Source: Candidatus Woesebacteria bacterium (lineage in GTDB: Bacteria; Patescibacteriota; Microgenomatia; UBA10105; UBA927). Taken from it: a stretch of DNA of 60,413 bases. How positions within the stretch are numbered: the first letter of the stretch is position 1; every line of letters starts with the position of its first letter. The stretch covers positions 1-60,413 of the forward strand of contig JAGORV010000006.1 of NCBI GenBank assembly GCA_018062625.1, in the 5' to 3' direction. Below the pieces are notes generated by a model. That model saw nothing but the letters and a program-made list of their open reading frames with translations. It was not told where the DNA came from and searched no databases. This document shows positions 1 to 9,884 of this stretch, in pieces. The position numbers and the translations under genes are program-made.

Positions 1-409
1 AAAGCAAGGTGAGTAGCGCGTCAGCTGCTACTGTACCGTCTGGCAAAAACCACGTAGAAAACACCGTAGGGTTTTGCGACTCTATAAATATGGTGCAACG
101 CTCTATAAAATACGGAGAAAACTCACCGTCTGCGTCCACAAACACAAACCAATCCCCGTGCGCAAACTGCACACCAAAATTTCTTTGATACGGAACACTA
201 CGCTTAGAGCTTGCCACTACTCGTATACTGGGGAGTTTTTTAGAAAAGCTTTTGGCAACCGATACGGTGGCATCTTTGGACTTGCCATCTACCACAATAA
301 CTTCAAAATTTCGCTTTGTTTGTGCGGCAAGGGACGAAAGAAGTCTTGGCAGAAACTTTTCTTCATTCAATGCTGGAATAATTACAGAAAATAAGGGTTT
401 TTTATTCAT
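1..409 (-). CDS. GT2 glycosyltransferase, truncated at window start (not in ORF track)
   Basis: Manual translation from ATG at 409: MNKKPLFSVIIPALNEEKFL...EVIVVDGKSKD...QRNFG...FVFVDAD, the GT-A fold start and DXD motif; open to the window edge. Confidence 0.9.
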   Translation of the reverse strand, partial: MNKKPLFSVIIPALNEEKFLPRLLSSLAAQTKRNFEVIVVDGKSKDATVSVAKSFSKKLPSIRVVASSKRSVPYQRNFGVQFAHGDWFVFVDADGEFSPYFIERCTIFIESQNPTVFSTWFLPDGTVAADALLTLL

Positions 410-475
410 ACCCGTCAGCCTATATTATACAAAATATGTGAGGTTTAGAGCAAGTTTACAGGATAAAGGAGAATT

Positions 476-2215
476 CTATTTCTGTATATGATGACTCTTT
501 TGCGACTCAAACATTTTTTCAATTTCAGCGACTGTTGTTGACTGGGCGGGTCCTTTGTCACCACGTATACGAACTAACCGTGGAAATCGTACGGCAAAAT
601 TAGCTCCATGAGTGGGTGACTTGGTCAGATCATCACCAGCAATCTCCACGACTAGCCGTGGATGCACCCACACATCAGGCACAAATGCCTTATTTACACC
701 TGTGTAGGCTGCTGGCTTTGTAGCACACTTTATTTTCTCAAATTCACTTCTCAAGTCTTTCCATAGCTCATCAGACACACCAGTGCCAATCTTGGTCAAT
801 GTGACAAATTCGTCCTTATGTCGGACACCAACCAAAAATGCCCCTATACCAAACCCACTTCTTTTTCCCTCGCCCACATAGTACCCCATCACGACAACGT
901 CTATGGTATCAGTGAGTTTGCCAGTTTTTCCTTCTTCTTCCTTAAATTTCACCCAAGCAAACCCGCGCCTTCCCGGTTCATAATTACTATCCCATTTTTT
1001 TACCACCACACCCTCCAACCCTTTTGATATTTGCGCTTCATGATAGGATCGAATTTTTTCTGCTGAATCAGTAAGTATTTGTGGAGATATAGCGAATATT
1101 TTATCTGGAGATATTGTTTGTTCTAAAATTTTTCTTCGAGTGGAAAGTGGTGTACTCAATAACTCCTTTCCATTCTTATACAGGATGTCAAAAATAAAAA
1201 ATTTCAATGGCATATCTTTTCGTGTCTGCACTATGTCGTGCTTACGCTTTCGCGTCATAGTTTCCTGAAATGAACTCAGTTTTCCGGAAATCGGATCAAC
1301 GCCTATTGCCTCTCCATCCAAAATAACCTCATCGGCGTGTATCTCCCCCGCAATATCTTGTAACTCAGAAAACATTTCTGTCGTATTTTCCAAATTTCTA
1401 GAAAAACTTCTCGCGCTTCCTGAGGCGCCAAATCCACTTTTTTTATAATGAATCTGAATACGAACACCATCATATTTCGGCTCAACAGCTACCTGACCCA
1501 TCTTTTCGATCATTTCATCCGCCGTTGGTAATCGCTGGCAAAGTGAGGCCAGTATTGGTGCCCCGACGCGCGCATGAATATGAGATAACCCACTCGCCCC
1601 ATGTGCTTTCACTGTTTGTGCTAACAACCCTATGTCAGGGCGAACGTTGTATGCATCCTCAAGTCTCGATCTCAACGACTTATCCCCTGTCACCATCCAC
1701 GAAAGACTATCCAAAATTGTCATATCGGAGAATCCTAATCGAAGTTTATCGAGAGGAATACGCGCTATATATCTCGCACTTTGCGCGTCCACCCGATGTA
1801 ATAAATCGGCGATGCATACAATTTTTTTATCTTGAGAACCGGTTCCCGACATTTGTGTAATAGTGCAAAAAATCTGAAAAACATCAGACACAGAGAGCTG
1901 ACCACCTTTTCCTTTATGCATTCGTTCTGCAGCTATCCCTAGGTCGCCAACATGTTTAAATTCCGCAGTTACTTGCTCAACGGGCACATCATACGCCACG
2001 GCTATCGCACGAATCATAAATTTATCAGCAATCCCAAACTCTATAGCCTCATACAGCGGTGCAACACGCCCCAGAAGTAGATAGCAAATATTCCCAATCT
2101 CATCTGCATGTGCTTTCAAAAAAAGCTCAGACAAAATACCCGTCATAGCATTTCGAGAAGAAGTTTGTTCAAGTTGTTGGAAATACCGGGCTAATTCGGA
2201 GAACAACATAATCAA
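476..2215 (-). CDS. ATP-dependent DNA ligase (DBD + NTase + OB, archaeal/eukaryotic Lig1-like architecture)
   Basis: Motif I EPKYDGVR, ILDGEA, FFIFDIL, EGVVVK, WVKFK, VRFPRLVRIRGDK. Confidence 0.95.
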   Translation of the reverse strand: MIMLFSELARYFQQLEQTSSRNAMTGILSELFLKAHADEIGNICYLLLGRVAPLYEAIEFGIADKFMIRAIAVAYDVPVEQVTAEFKHVGDLGIAAERMHKGKGGQLSVSDVFQIFCTITQMSGTGSQDKKIVCIADLLHRVDAQSARYIARIPLDKLRLGFSDMTILDSLSWMVTGDKSLRSRLEDAYNVRPDIGLLAQTVKAHGASGLSHIHARVGAPILASLCQRLPTADEMIEKMGQVAVEPKYDGVRIQIHYKKSGFGASGSARSFSRNLENTTEMFSELQDIAGEIHADEVILDGEAIGVDPISGKLSSFQETMTRKRKHDIVQTRKDMPLKFFIFDILYKNGKELLSTPLSTRRKILEQTISPDKIFAISPQILTDSAEKIRSYHEAQISKGLEGVVVKKWDSNYEPGRRGFAWVKFKEEEGKTGKLTDTIDVVVMGYYVGEGKRSGFGIGAFLVGVRHKDEFVTLTKIGTGVSDELWKDLRSEFEKIKCATKPAAYTGVNKAFVPDVWVHPRLVVEIAGDDLTKSPTHGANFAVRFPRLVRIRGDKGPAQSTTVAEIEKMFESQKSHHIQK

Positions 2216-2218
2216 AAG

Positions 2219-2404
2219 TTAGACAATGAAGAAAAAATACGCTCCAACAATCAATACAAGGAGTACGATACCAAATCCTAACGCAATCGGCCCATCGGGC
2301 TCAGATTTATTTAGTTTACTTATCCCTTGTGCGATGACTGCCAACGCAAATAGCGTAGGGATCACCATAAGGACATAACTAAACTCCGGTCGATTTAAGT
2401 CCAT
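2219..2404 (-). CDS. Small two-helix membrane protein, unknown function
   Basis: 61 aa, two hydrophobic stretches, fills the gap between fic and the ligase gene. Confidence 0.7.
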   Translation of the reverse strand: MDLNRPEFSYVLMVIPTLFALAVIAQGISKLNKSEPDGPIALGFGIVLLVLIVGAYFFFIV

Positions 2405-2417
2405 AATATAATAAAGA

Positions 2418-3461
2418 TTATGTCTTCAGCACGTATTTTGCTCCCTTTGTTGAACCCTCTTTTTTGACTATACCCTTTTTGAGCAAGTCCTTCAATTCTC
2501 GTAATATCGTATCCTCGCTCACCATCGGAAATAATTCAAAAAAAGTTTTATTTTGCAAAAACCCACTTCCTTGAATAAACTCAACTATTTTTATTTGTCT
2601 CTCAGTCAGTGACATTTGTTGTCCACCAAATGATTTTTTAATTTTTAGATCGGTAGACAACGATTTTACTTTTTCTTTTATTCGATTAAGTTCTATAGCA
2701 AGCCCCTCAATAAAATACTCTATCCAGCGCGTCAAATTACCATTTTCTCGAACTACACTTTGTAGAGAGTCATAATATGCTAATGGTTCTCGATCATAAT
2801 ATTCTTCCAACGAAAAGAAACGTTTAATATCATACCCTTCCATGAACAAAACAAGTGTCGCAACGGCACGCGCTACTCTTCCATTTCCATCCAAAAAAGG
2901 ATGTATACGAACAAGCTCGTAATGGACGATTCCTGCTTTGAGCACCGGATGCAACCCATCAGCCACAGCTTGATTTACCCACATAAGAAAATCTTCTATC
3001 AAAAAACCTACCTCTACAGCTGGTGGAGGGCGAAACGTCACCTCTCCAGTTTGTGCATTTTTCACCACGACTTGCGTTTTACGATATTCCCCCACTAGCT
3101 CATCTGGCAATATTCTATGCGCGATAAGCGAATGGAGATGCTTAATAACCTCCTCAGTAATTTTGTCGCCCTGAAACGCTTCAATAAACTTCAACACGTT
3201 TCTGTAATTTAATACTTCCTGAATATCGCGTTCACGTCCTACTATTTTATGCCCAGCGAGCACCTTCTCGGCTTCAGTGAGAGATAAATCATTTCCCTCG
3301 ATATGCGTTCCATGATGCACGCTTCGCACCATCGCTTCTTCACGAAACTTAGATTCCCACGCGGGTACTAGTGGGCTATTTTCAATCACTTCTCGAGACG
3401 CCTCTATCAAGCCGATTGTTTTGAGAATTTTATTAGTGATGGTAAACTGAGGTTGATACAT
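2418..3461 (-). CDS. Fic-domain protein with C-terminal winged-helix
   Basis: Canonical HPFLDGNGRVAR, N-terminal GTHIEGN, C-terminal EDTILRELKDLLKKGIV; start placed at MYQPQFTIT (3461). Confidence 0.92.
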   Translation of the reverse strand: MYQPQFTITNKILKTIGLIEASREVIENSPLVPAWESKFREEAMVRSVHHGTHIEGNDLSLTEAEKVLAGHKIVGRERDIQEVLNYRNVLKFIEAFQGDKITEEVIKHLHSLIAHRILPDELVGEYRKTQVVVKNAQTGEVTFRPPPAVEVGFLIEDFLMWVNQAVADGLHPVLKAGIVHYELVRIHPFLDGNGRVARAVATLVLFMEGYDIKRFFSLEEYYDREPLAYYDSLQSVVRENGNLTRWIEYFIEGLAIELNRIKEKVKSLSTDLKIKKSFGGQQMSLTERQIKIVEFIQGSGFLQNKTFFELFPMVSEDTILRELKDLLKKGIVKKEGSTKGAKYVLKT

Positions 3462-3501
3462 AGTTATTTTAATTCCCGCATATTTACTGTATAATAAACG
3501 C

Positions 3502-3765
3502 ATGGCAGATAAAAAACAACCAAGCAAATTAATTCATCTTGCTATACTGAAGCAAATGCTCACACTCACTACGAGTGGATTTGGGCTTGTTGCGGCGCTT
3601 GCATGGAATAGTGTCATACAAGAATTTGTTACCACGCAAATCAAACCATTTCTACCTAAAGGAAGCGGTCTATGGTCACTTATCATTTATGCGATCGTGG
3701 TTACGGTACTTGCTGTCTCCATCACAATTTACCTATCACGCGTAATCAAAAAGCTGGAATCATAA
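3502..3765 (+). CDS. Small membrane protein, DUF5654-like
   Basis: FGLVAALAWN signature (recalled), two TM segments, TATAAT 6 nt upstream. Confidence 0.8.
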   Translation: MADKKQPSKLIHLAILKQMLTLTTSGFGLVAALAWNSVIQEFVTTQIKPFLPKGSGLWSLIIYAIVVTVLAVSITIYLSRVIKKLES

Positions 3766-3781
3766 TGTATACTAGAAGCAT

Positions 3782-4264
3782 ATGGATTTAGGTCCCCCAC
3801 CGTATGCGCAATCTACAGATATAGTAACCCAAAATAAACACTTTCCATTTGTCACGCTTGCCCTATCGTTACTCATCACGATACTTGGCATCAGCACCAT
3901 CGTTCTTACCTATCAAAACATACAATTAAAACAGCAGATTGACGCGTTATCACGGTCCAAGCTAGAGCCATCGCCCACAATGGCCCCATCACCCACCCCA
4001 CCACAAATTAGTCCCACAACTGCACAGATGATGTGCGGTGGAATTGCGGGCATACCATGCCCTAGTGGATATGTTTGCCAAATGACCGCAATGTATCCCG
4101 ATGCAAGCGGAACATGTACCAAAAAAGATGCATACACATGCCCCAAAAGTGGGTACGTAGATTGTATGCCAAGTCCAAACGCTGGTATTCGTTATGAGTG
4201 CACGTCTGAAGCAATGAATTGGTATAAATCAAACTGTCCCGATTTTAAGGGCGGCGCGTATTAG
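3782..4264 (+). CDS. Membrane-anchored surface protein with Pro/Thr linker and 8-Cys C-terminal region
   Basis: TM at about aa 22-44, PSPTMAPSPTPP linker, CGGIAGIPCPSGYVC...C and CP...DCMP...C...NCP modules. Confidence 0.75.
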   Translation: MDLGPPPYAQSTDIVTQNKHFPFVTLALSLLITILGISTIVLTYQNIQLKQQIDALSRSKLEPSPTMAPSPTPPQISPTTAQMMCGGIAGIPCPSGYVCQMTAMYPDASGTCTKKDAYTCPKSGYVDCMPSPNAGIRYECTSEAMNWYKSNCPDFKGGAY

Positions 4265-5085
4265 GCTTCAATCAAGAGTTGCTTCATGACCTTTGGTATC
4301 TCCGCAGCTAAATCAGAAGCGTTAAAAAATGGTCCTACCGTTTTATAAAGGGAGTCTCCAGCGTATTTATTCAAATAACTTCCAGCACGTGCAGACAAAT
4401 ACGCTTCATGTTTACACGCCAATGCTGCTATCAATCCCGCAAGAACATCACCAGTCCCCCCTTTAGTCATACCAGCATTTCCCCCTTCGATCGTGTCTTT
4501 CTCCCCGCGATCTCCACAGACGATATCTTTCTCACCTTTTAGCAATACGATACATTCATGTTCTTTTGCGAAAATTGCAACTTTTTCTTCATCTGTTTGT
4601 GCATCTTGTTTCCCACGTTTATTCCAAAGTGTCGCAAATTCCCCATGATGTGGGGTCAATATGGCTCGTTTGGGAATATCGGCAAGCTGTAGCATTTGTA
4701 GCGCTCCTGCATCTATCACCCATTGTTTATTTGGATACGATGCAAGAACTCGATGCGTCAACATTTCCGTCTCACTGTCCCGAGTCATACCTGGGCCTAT
4801 CAATATACAATCATCTTCTTCTATGTACGCATCGATATCATTTCGCGAAACCACAATACCATTACGAAACTCTTCTTTTGCTTTCGTGACAATCTCGTTA
4901 TTTTCTGGAACAGATGCATAATGAACTAAGTCCACAATTCGTGAGGCGACTTGTAGCGCCCACAGGCTCGCAGCATGAAAAAGATGTGATCCCCCGATCA
5001 CGAGCAATCGACCATTTTGCCCTTTGTGTGATGCAGCGGCTACAAGATCTATACCCAATAAATATGGCGATTGAATATTTTTCAT
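4261..5085 (-). CDS. nnrD: ADP/ATP-dependent NAD(P)H-hydrate dehydratase (stand-alone, no epimerase domain)
   Basis: KGQNGRLLVIGGS, IGPG, VIDAGAL, LTPHHGEF, GGTGDVLAG. Confidence 0.9.
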   Translation of the reverse strand: MKNIQSPYLLGIDLVAAASHKGQNGRLLVIGGSHLFHAASLWALQVASRIVDLVHYASVPENNEIVTKAKEEFRNGIVVSRNDIDAYIEEDDCILIGPGMTRDSETEMLTHRVLASYPNKQWVIDAGALQMLQLADIPKRAILTPHHGEFATLWNKRGKQDAQTDEEKVAIFAKEHECIVLLKGEKDIVCGDRGEKDTIEGGNAGMTKGGTGDVLAGLIAALACKHEAYLSARAGSYLNKYAGDSLYKTVGPFFNASDLAAEIPKVMKQLLIEA

Positions 5086-6152
5086 AATGCGATAACACTC
5101 ACCTCTTTTGCGCCTAACTCGTCTACTATATCAGCCTCAGCGCTAGTTATAATAGTCTGTTGTTTTTTTGTAACATCAAAGACTATTGCACGATGTTTTT
5201 CATCAAGCTCGGAAAATATATCATCCAAAAGAAGCATGGGTCGATTCCCAACGCTATGCTCCACATACGACAACTCGCCAAGCTTTAGCCAAAGCACACC
5301 AAGGCGCTGCTCGCCACGACTTCCATATTTACTAAGCTCCGTCCAATCTGCATGCTCTGCATCCACAGCTCGTTTCTGTTGCATTTTACTGACAATAAAA
5401 TCATCTCTATGCGGGCCAACAAGAGTCGCTTTCGCAGCAACCTCTTCATCCCTATATTGTTCTAGGCGAGTTTCGGATATAACGCTCTTATCATATGTGA
5501 TGGTGTGTCGAATTCCAGAGATTTCAAACGCTTGAAGATAGTCTATAAATTCAGATCGTTTATTCGTAATATAGCCACCAGATTTTATCAACAATTGATT
5601 CCAAAATAGTAATTGCGATCGCGTTGCCACACCCTCCTTGATTAAATCGAGAAGCTTATTACGCTGTCTAAGCCCTCGCTCATAGGATACAAGATTTCTT
5701 CTGTACTCACGATCCACCTGCATGAGGACCGTATCTAAATATTTTCGACGCAAACTCGGGCTATCGGTAATTAATTCCAAATCTTGAGGCCAAAAAAGAA
5801 CTGCTCTACAGTTCCCGACAAAATCAATCGATCTCCGTGGCACCCCATTAACAAGTAATCGTTTTTTGGGAACAGTATGCCCTCCGAGAGCTCCATGAGT
5901 AATTTGTACTTCTAGTCGCGTATCGGGTGCTATGTGGCCGGTAATATGTGCCATCTCATTTCCCCAGTAGATCATTTCGTTATCTTTATCCGCACGAAAA
6001 CTCTTACCAGTAGCAAGCAACATGATGGACTCGAGAATATTCGTCTTTCCTACCGCATTTTCTCCAACAATTAACGTCGCGCCACCAGAAAGCGTGAATG
6101 TTTTCTTTTTATAACTTCGGAAGTTAGAAAGAGTGATCGAGGTCAGAATCAT
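5082..6152 (-). CDS. recF: DNA replication/repair protein RecF
   Basis: NFRSY, GENAVGKTNILE, VGPHRDD, SRGEQR, LLLDDIFSELD. Confidence 0.95.
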   Translation of the reverse strand: MILTSITLSNFRSYKKKTFTLSGGATLIVGENAVGKTNILESIMLLATGKSFRADKDNEMIYWGNEMAHITGHIAPDTRLEVQITHGALGGHTVPKKRLLVNGVPRRSIDFVGNCRAVLFWPQDLELITDSPSLRRKYLDTVLMQVDREYRRNLVSYERGLRQRNKLLDLIKEGVATRSQLLFWNQLLIKSGGYITNKRSEFIDYLQAFEISGIRHTITYDKSVISETRLEQYRDEEVAAKATLVGPHRDDFIVSKMQQKRAVDAEHADWTELSKYGSRGEQRLGVLWLKLGELSYVEHSVGNRPMLLLDDIFSELDEKHRAIVFDVTKKQQTIITSAEADIVDELGAKEVSVIAL

Positions 6153-6191
6153 GCGGCTATTCTATCATCTCTAGGGGTGAAACATCCGATC

Positions 6192-6893
6192 TTATGTAAT
6201 TGTGGTACCTATAAACTTTTTGTCATCGAGGGCGTCTGCGAGGTTAGTGAGATTTTTTCCATTTAATATTTTTACTGTTACTCCATGTTCTTGTGCAAGC
6301 TTACTTGCAATTGGATCAAATGGGGCATTCATCCCAGGCTTCCATGTATTGCCTACCATTTTTCGGTAGACTGGCCATGTAATATCGACAAGTGGCTTGG
6401 CATCAGGAAACTTTTTTGGATCCTTGCTATAAACCTGATCTACGTTTGTCAAATTTATTACCTGATGTATACCATAATCTTGGCATAAAGTTACCGCACA
6501 ATAGTCAGTACTCCACCCTGGTTTCCAGCCTGCCGCGATGGCAATTGGAGAAACAATTTTTAAAATTATCTCATAATGTTTTATCACACGTGGATCCGCA
6601 ATATCTTTAAAAATCGTTCGCACAAGCTGTGCGTTGAGTCTGGTTGCGTGAACCCCAAGCCAATCAGCATCAGTATCTGCAAGCTCTTCAGTGCGGACGA
6701 CACGTGCAGCCTTTTGATAATCTCTGGTAATTGCCCCGCCACCGACCACTATAAAAAATCTCCGTTTTTTTGCGGAGACTTGATGTCTTATGAATGTATT
6801 AAACTCTGTAAGGAATTGAATATCCACGCCCCCATTAGGGACGACTAATGAACCACCCAAGGAAAGTACTGATACGTTATCTCCGTAAATCAT
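6192..6893 (-). CDS. pyrH: UMP kinase, archaeal type
   Basis: LSLGGS, VVGGG, GWKPGWSTD, NVDQVYSKDPKK, PFDPIAS. Confidence 0.9.
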   Translation of the reverse strand: MIYGDNVSVLSLGGSLVVPNGGVDIQFLTEFNTFIRHQVSAKKRRFFIVVGGGAITRDYQKAARVVRTEELADTDADWLGVHATRLNAQLVRTIFKDIADPRVIKHYEIILKIVSPIAIAAGWKPGWSTDYCAVTLCQDYGIHQVINLTNVDQVYSKDPKKFPDAKPLVDITWPVYRKMVGNTWKPGMNAPFDPIASKLAQEHGVTVKILNGKNLTNLADALDDKKFIGTTIT

Positions 6894-7042
6894 CGCTTTT
6901 TTTTCTTTCTATACCACACAAGGGACGCTTTTTATCCTAACATACCGGCCGTGTTTGTCAAACAAGTAATCTAAAATTCATACATAGGTATGGATTGTTC
7001 AAATAGGCTATATACGATTATATAAAATTTATATAACTCTTT

Positions 7043-7825
7043 TTATCCCTCTAGCCGAGCGAACGCTCCACTTTGCTTTGCACGTCTGTAGGTAAACTGA
7101 AAAATAGTCCATCCAGCGACAAACCAAACAACAGATAGACATCCTCCCACCGCAAGGGCGTTCCAGTCTATGTAACCATTCGTCAATTGTGCTCGCATGG
7201 TTTCAAAGACATAGGTAACGGGCAATCCATAGGAAATCCATCGCACCGATTCAGGTAAAATAGTCACAGGATAAAACACTGCACCAAATGGTTGCACAAG
7301 AAATACAATTGCCCAAGAAAGTGACTGCACTTGCGTGCTATAGCGAAAAATCAGACTCAAAACCATTACCCCAATAGCCCAAGAAAATATAAGCAACTCT
7401 AGGTAATATATAAGCGTCATCCACCCTAGAGAGAATATAGAAAAATCATATAACCAATACCCTATCACTGCCGAAACTGCGACGGTGAGTATTGATTTTA
7501 TTGTGCCTGATATCATTTGTCCCACGATAAACTCTTCCATGGTAAGTGGAGAAATGAACATGCTACTAAAACTTCTTGCCCAAATCTCCCAAAGCGCTCC
7601 CACGGTGATTGAGTATTGCGCTATCCAAATGACATTCCAAAAAATCATGCCTACGATCACATATAACCCTCGATCATCAGGGGTTTTGGAAAACGACAAG
7701 GCGATAAGCGCATAAACCCAAATTTGCAAAACCGGATTCCATAACAAATCAACCCATGTTTCCATACTGTGCCGAAAGTGATACCACGTATGCAAAAATA
7801 CCACCTGAAGTCGTTTTCTACTCAT
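7043..7825 (-). CDS. ABC-2 type transporter permease
   Basis: Six TM segments, GAVFYPVTILPE; start placed at MSRKRL (7825), overlapping the ATPase stop. Confidence 0.88.
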   Translation of the reverse strand: MSRKRLQVVFLHTWYHFRHSMETWVDLLWNPVLQIWVYALIALSFSKTPDDRGLYVIVGMIFWNVIWIAQYSITVGALWEIWARSFSSMFISPLTMEEFIVGQMISGTIKSILTVAVSAVIGYWLYDFSIFSLGWMTLIYYLELLIFSWAIGVMVLSLIFRYSTQVQSLSWAIVFLVQPFGAVFYPVTILPESVRWISYGLPVTYVFETMRAQLTNGYIDWNALAVGGCLSVVWFVAGWTIFQFTYRRAKQSGAFARLEG

Positions 7826-8741
7826 AGCTACCTCCTGCAATTGAAAGAAATACATCTTCAAGATTGGGCTTCTTTACCGCGATGTCTGTTATCCAAATTT
7901 TTTCCTTGGCAAATCCAAAGAGCACTTTAGGAATTTCTTTTTCGGGAAGCATAATTTCAACCACGTGTGTACGTACAAATCGATACGAATGTGTGTAATG
8001 AGAAAGATACGCAACAATTGCATCTTGTTTCCCATCAAATGTTAACAACAACTGAGAATTCCCCACACGCTTGGTTAGTCCAAGCGGTGTGTCTTCGGCG
8101 ACGATTTTTCCATGACTTAAAAACATCACACGGTCACACAATCGCTCGACCTCTTCCATGTTGTGACTTGTGTAGAGAATAGATACTCCTTCTTTTTTCT
8201 GTAATGACTGTATGAGCTCTACAACTTTATTTGCAATATCTGGATCTAAACTTGCTGTAGGCTCATCCATAAGTATAAGTTTAGGACTATTAAGCAACGC
8301 TTTTGCCAAAATTACTCGCGTTTTCTGACCCGAAGAAAGATGCCAAAAAAGCTCGTGAACCAATGACCCTATCTCAAGCAACTCAAGAAGCTCAGTAATC
8401 TTCTTTTTGCTATTCGGGATCTCATAGAGCCCTGCATAAATAGTCATATTTTCCAAAACAGTCATCCGAGATTGGACATGACTGTACGCTGAGGCGAAAT
8501 TTATTCGCGATAATATATACTGACGCTCCTTTGGAAAAGGTCGACCAAAATAGGAAATATTCCCCGATGTAGGAGTCACGAGATCTAACAACATTTGTAT
8601 GGTCGTTGTTTTTCCTGCGCCATTTGGACCAAGAAGCCCTACAATCTCCCCTTCACCGATAGTGAATGAGATTTCATCAACAGCGGTATATGCATCGTAG
8701 CGTTTTGTAAGACCCAAAACTTCAAGAATTGGCTTTGCCAT
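7818..8741 (-). CDS. ABC transporter ATP-binding protein (DrrA/NodI-like)
   Basis: GPNGAGKTT, LSSGQ, LMDEP, TSH switch. Confidence 0.93.
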   Translation of the reverse strand: MAKPILEVLGLTKRYDAYTAVDEISFTIGEGEIVGLLGPNGAGKTTTIQMLLDLVTPTSGNISYFGRPFPKERQYILSRINFASAYSHVQSRMTVLENMTIYAGLYEIPNSKKKITELLELLEIGSLVHELFWHLSSGQKTRVILAKALLNSPKLILMDEPTASLDPDIANKVVELIQSLQKKEGVSILYTSHNMEEVERLCDRVMFLSHGKIVAEDTPLGLTKRVGNSQLLLTFDGKQDAIVAYLSHYTHSYRFVRTHVVEIMLPEKEIPKVLFGFAKEKIWITDIAVKKPNLEDVFLSIAGGSYE

Positions 8742-8770
8742 ATGAGGATTATAACCTACTCCGAGGAGTG

Positions 8771-9880
8771 TTACTTCGCGTGATTTATCACAAACTGCTT
8801 GAGTGTATGTTGAAATATGTCTTTACTGAACTTTTCTGCTTGCTCCTTACACGCCACTTCCCACGACATATTTTTCGAAAGTTTTTGAAAACGCTTTATA
8901 CTCTCCGTCAGTGACCTCACCTCAGGTTTCTCAAAAAATACTCCCGTCTTACCATCTACCACAGTTTCTAATACCCCTCCCTGAGCGAGTGTAATGACCG
9001 GACAGCCCGCTGCCTGAGACTCAACGGGTACTATGCCAAAATCCTCATCGAGGGCACAAAATATTGTAGCTTTCGCCTCTTTATATAAGAGAGCTAATTC
9101 TTGATCAGATACTGCCCCCATAAACTCCACCGTTGGACCAGCGATACTTTGCAAGCGATCACTTTCTGGACCCGTACCAACTATTTTAAGTGGTAACTTA
9201 AGAATGTTTGCTGCCTGAATAATCACATCGGTCTGTTTTGACCAAGCAAGGCGACCCACTGTCAAATAATACTCCCCATTCTGGGCATTCATCACTTTAC
9301 TAGATCGCTTAAGAGATACTGGGGGATAAATCACTGTAGACTCACGTCGATAAAACTTCTCAACCCGACGTGCGGTTTCCATTGAATTTGCCACAAAATG
9401 ATCAACCTTTTGTGCAGTTTCAAAATCATAGTGTCGTAAATAAAAATTAATTAAACTTGTGTAAACGCGTACTGGCCAATATCGTTGCCACATTCCACCC
9501 GTCGCATATCCATAAAGATTTCTTGGTGGATGATGGATATAGCAAATATGCACGGCAGGCTTAGACACCTTTACTCCTCGGCACATGAACCACCCACTAG
9601 AAGAAATCACTACATCAAATTCAGACAAATCAAAACTCTCCCAAATTCGTGGAGCCAAAAATCGCAGTGGCGAATGAAATTTTTTTACTAACCAGTTATG
9701 CTGAACCCAACTGGGGCGAATATCCCATCCACGAAATCGCTTTGCGTGATTGCCTAATCGCTCCCAATCGATAAACGAAGTGTACAGTGGTGCATCTGGC
9801 CATATTTCGTGCATGGCTTCCACCACTCTCTCTGCTCCTCCATATTCTCGTAAAAAATCGTGAACTAATGCAATTTTCAT
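8771..9880 (-). CDS. GT4 glycosyltransferase
   Basis: MKIALVHDFLREYGGAERV, EDFGIVPVESQAAG; start placed at 9880. Confidence 0.92.
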   Translation of the reverse strand: MKIALVHDFLREYGGAERVVEAMHEIWPDAPLYTSFIDWERLGNHAKRFRGWDIRPSWVQHNWLVKKFHSPLRFLAPRIWESFDLSEFDVVISSSGWFMCRGVKVSKPAVHICYIHHPPRNLYGYATGGMWQRYWPVRVYTSLINFYLRHYDFETAQKVDHFVANSMETARRVEKFYRRESTVIYPPVSLKRSSKVMNAQNGEYYLTVGRLAWSKQTDVIIQAANILKLPLKIVGTGPESDRLQSIAGPTVEFMGAVSDQELALLYKEAKATIFCALDEDFGIVPVESQAAGCPVITLAQGGVLETVVDGKTGVFFEKPEVRSLTESIKRFQKLSKNMSWEVACKEQAEKFSKDIFQHTLKQFVINHAK

Positions 9881-9884
9881 AACA

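Noticed and set aside
74-491. Plus-strand ORFs 74-394 and 252-491
   Set aside because: Antisense shadows of the truncated GT2 gene on the minus strand
6950-7040. Palindromes TGTTTG-T-CAAACA and TTATATAAAATTTATATAA upstream of pyrH
   Set aside because: Short or extremely AT-rich; the first overlaps a likely -35 box; no second copy found
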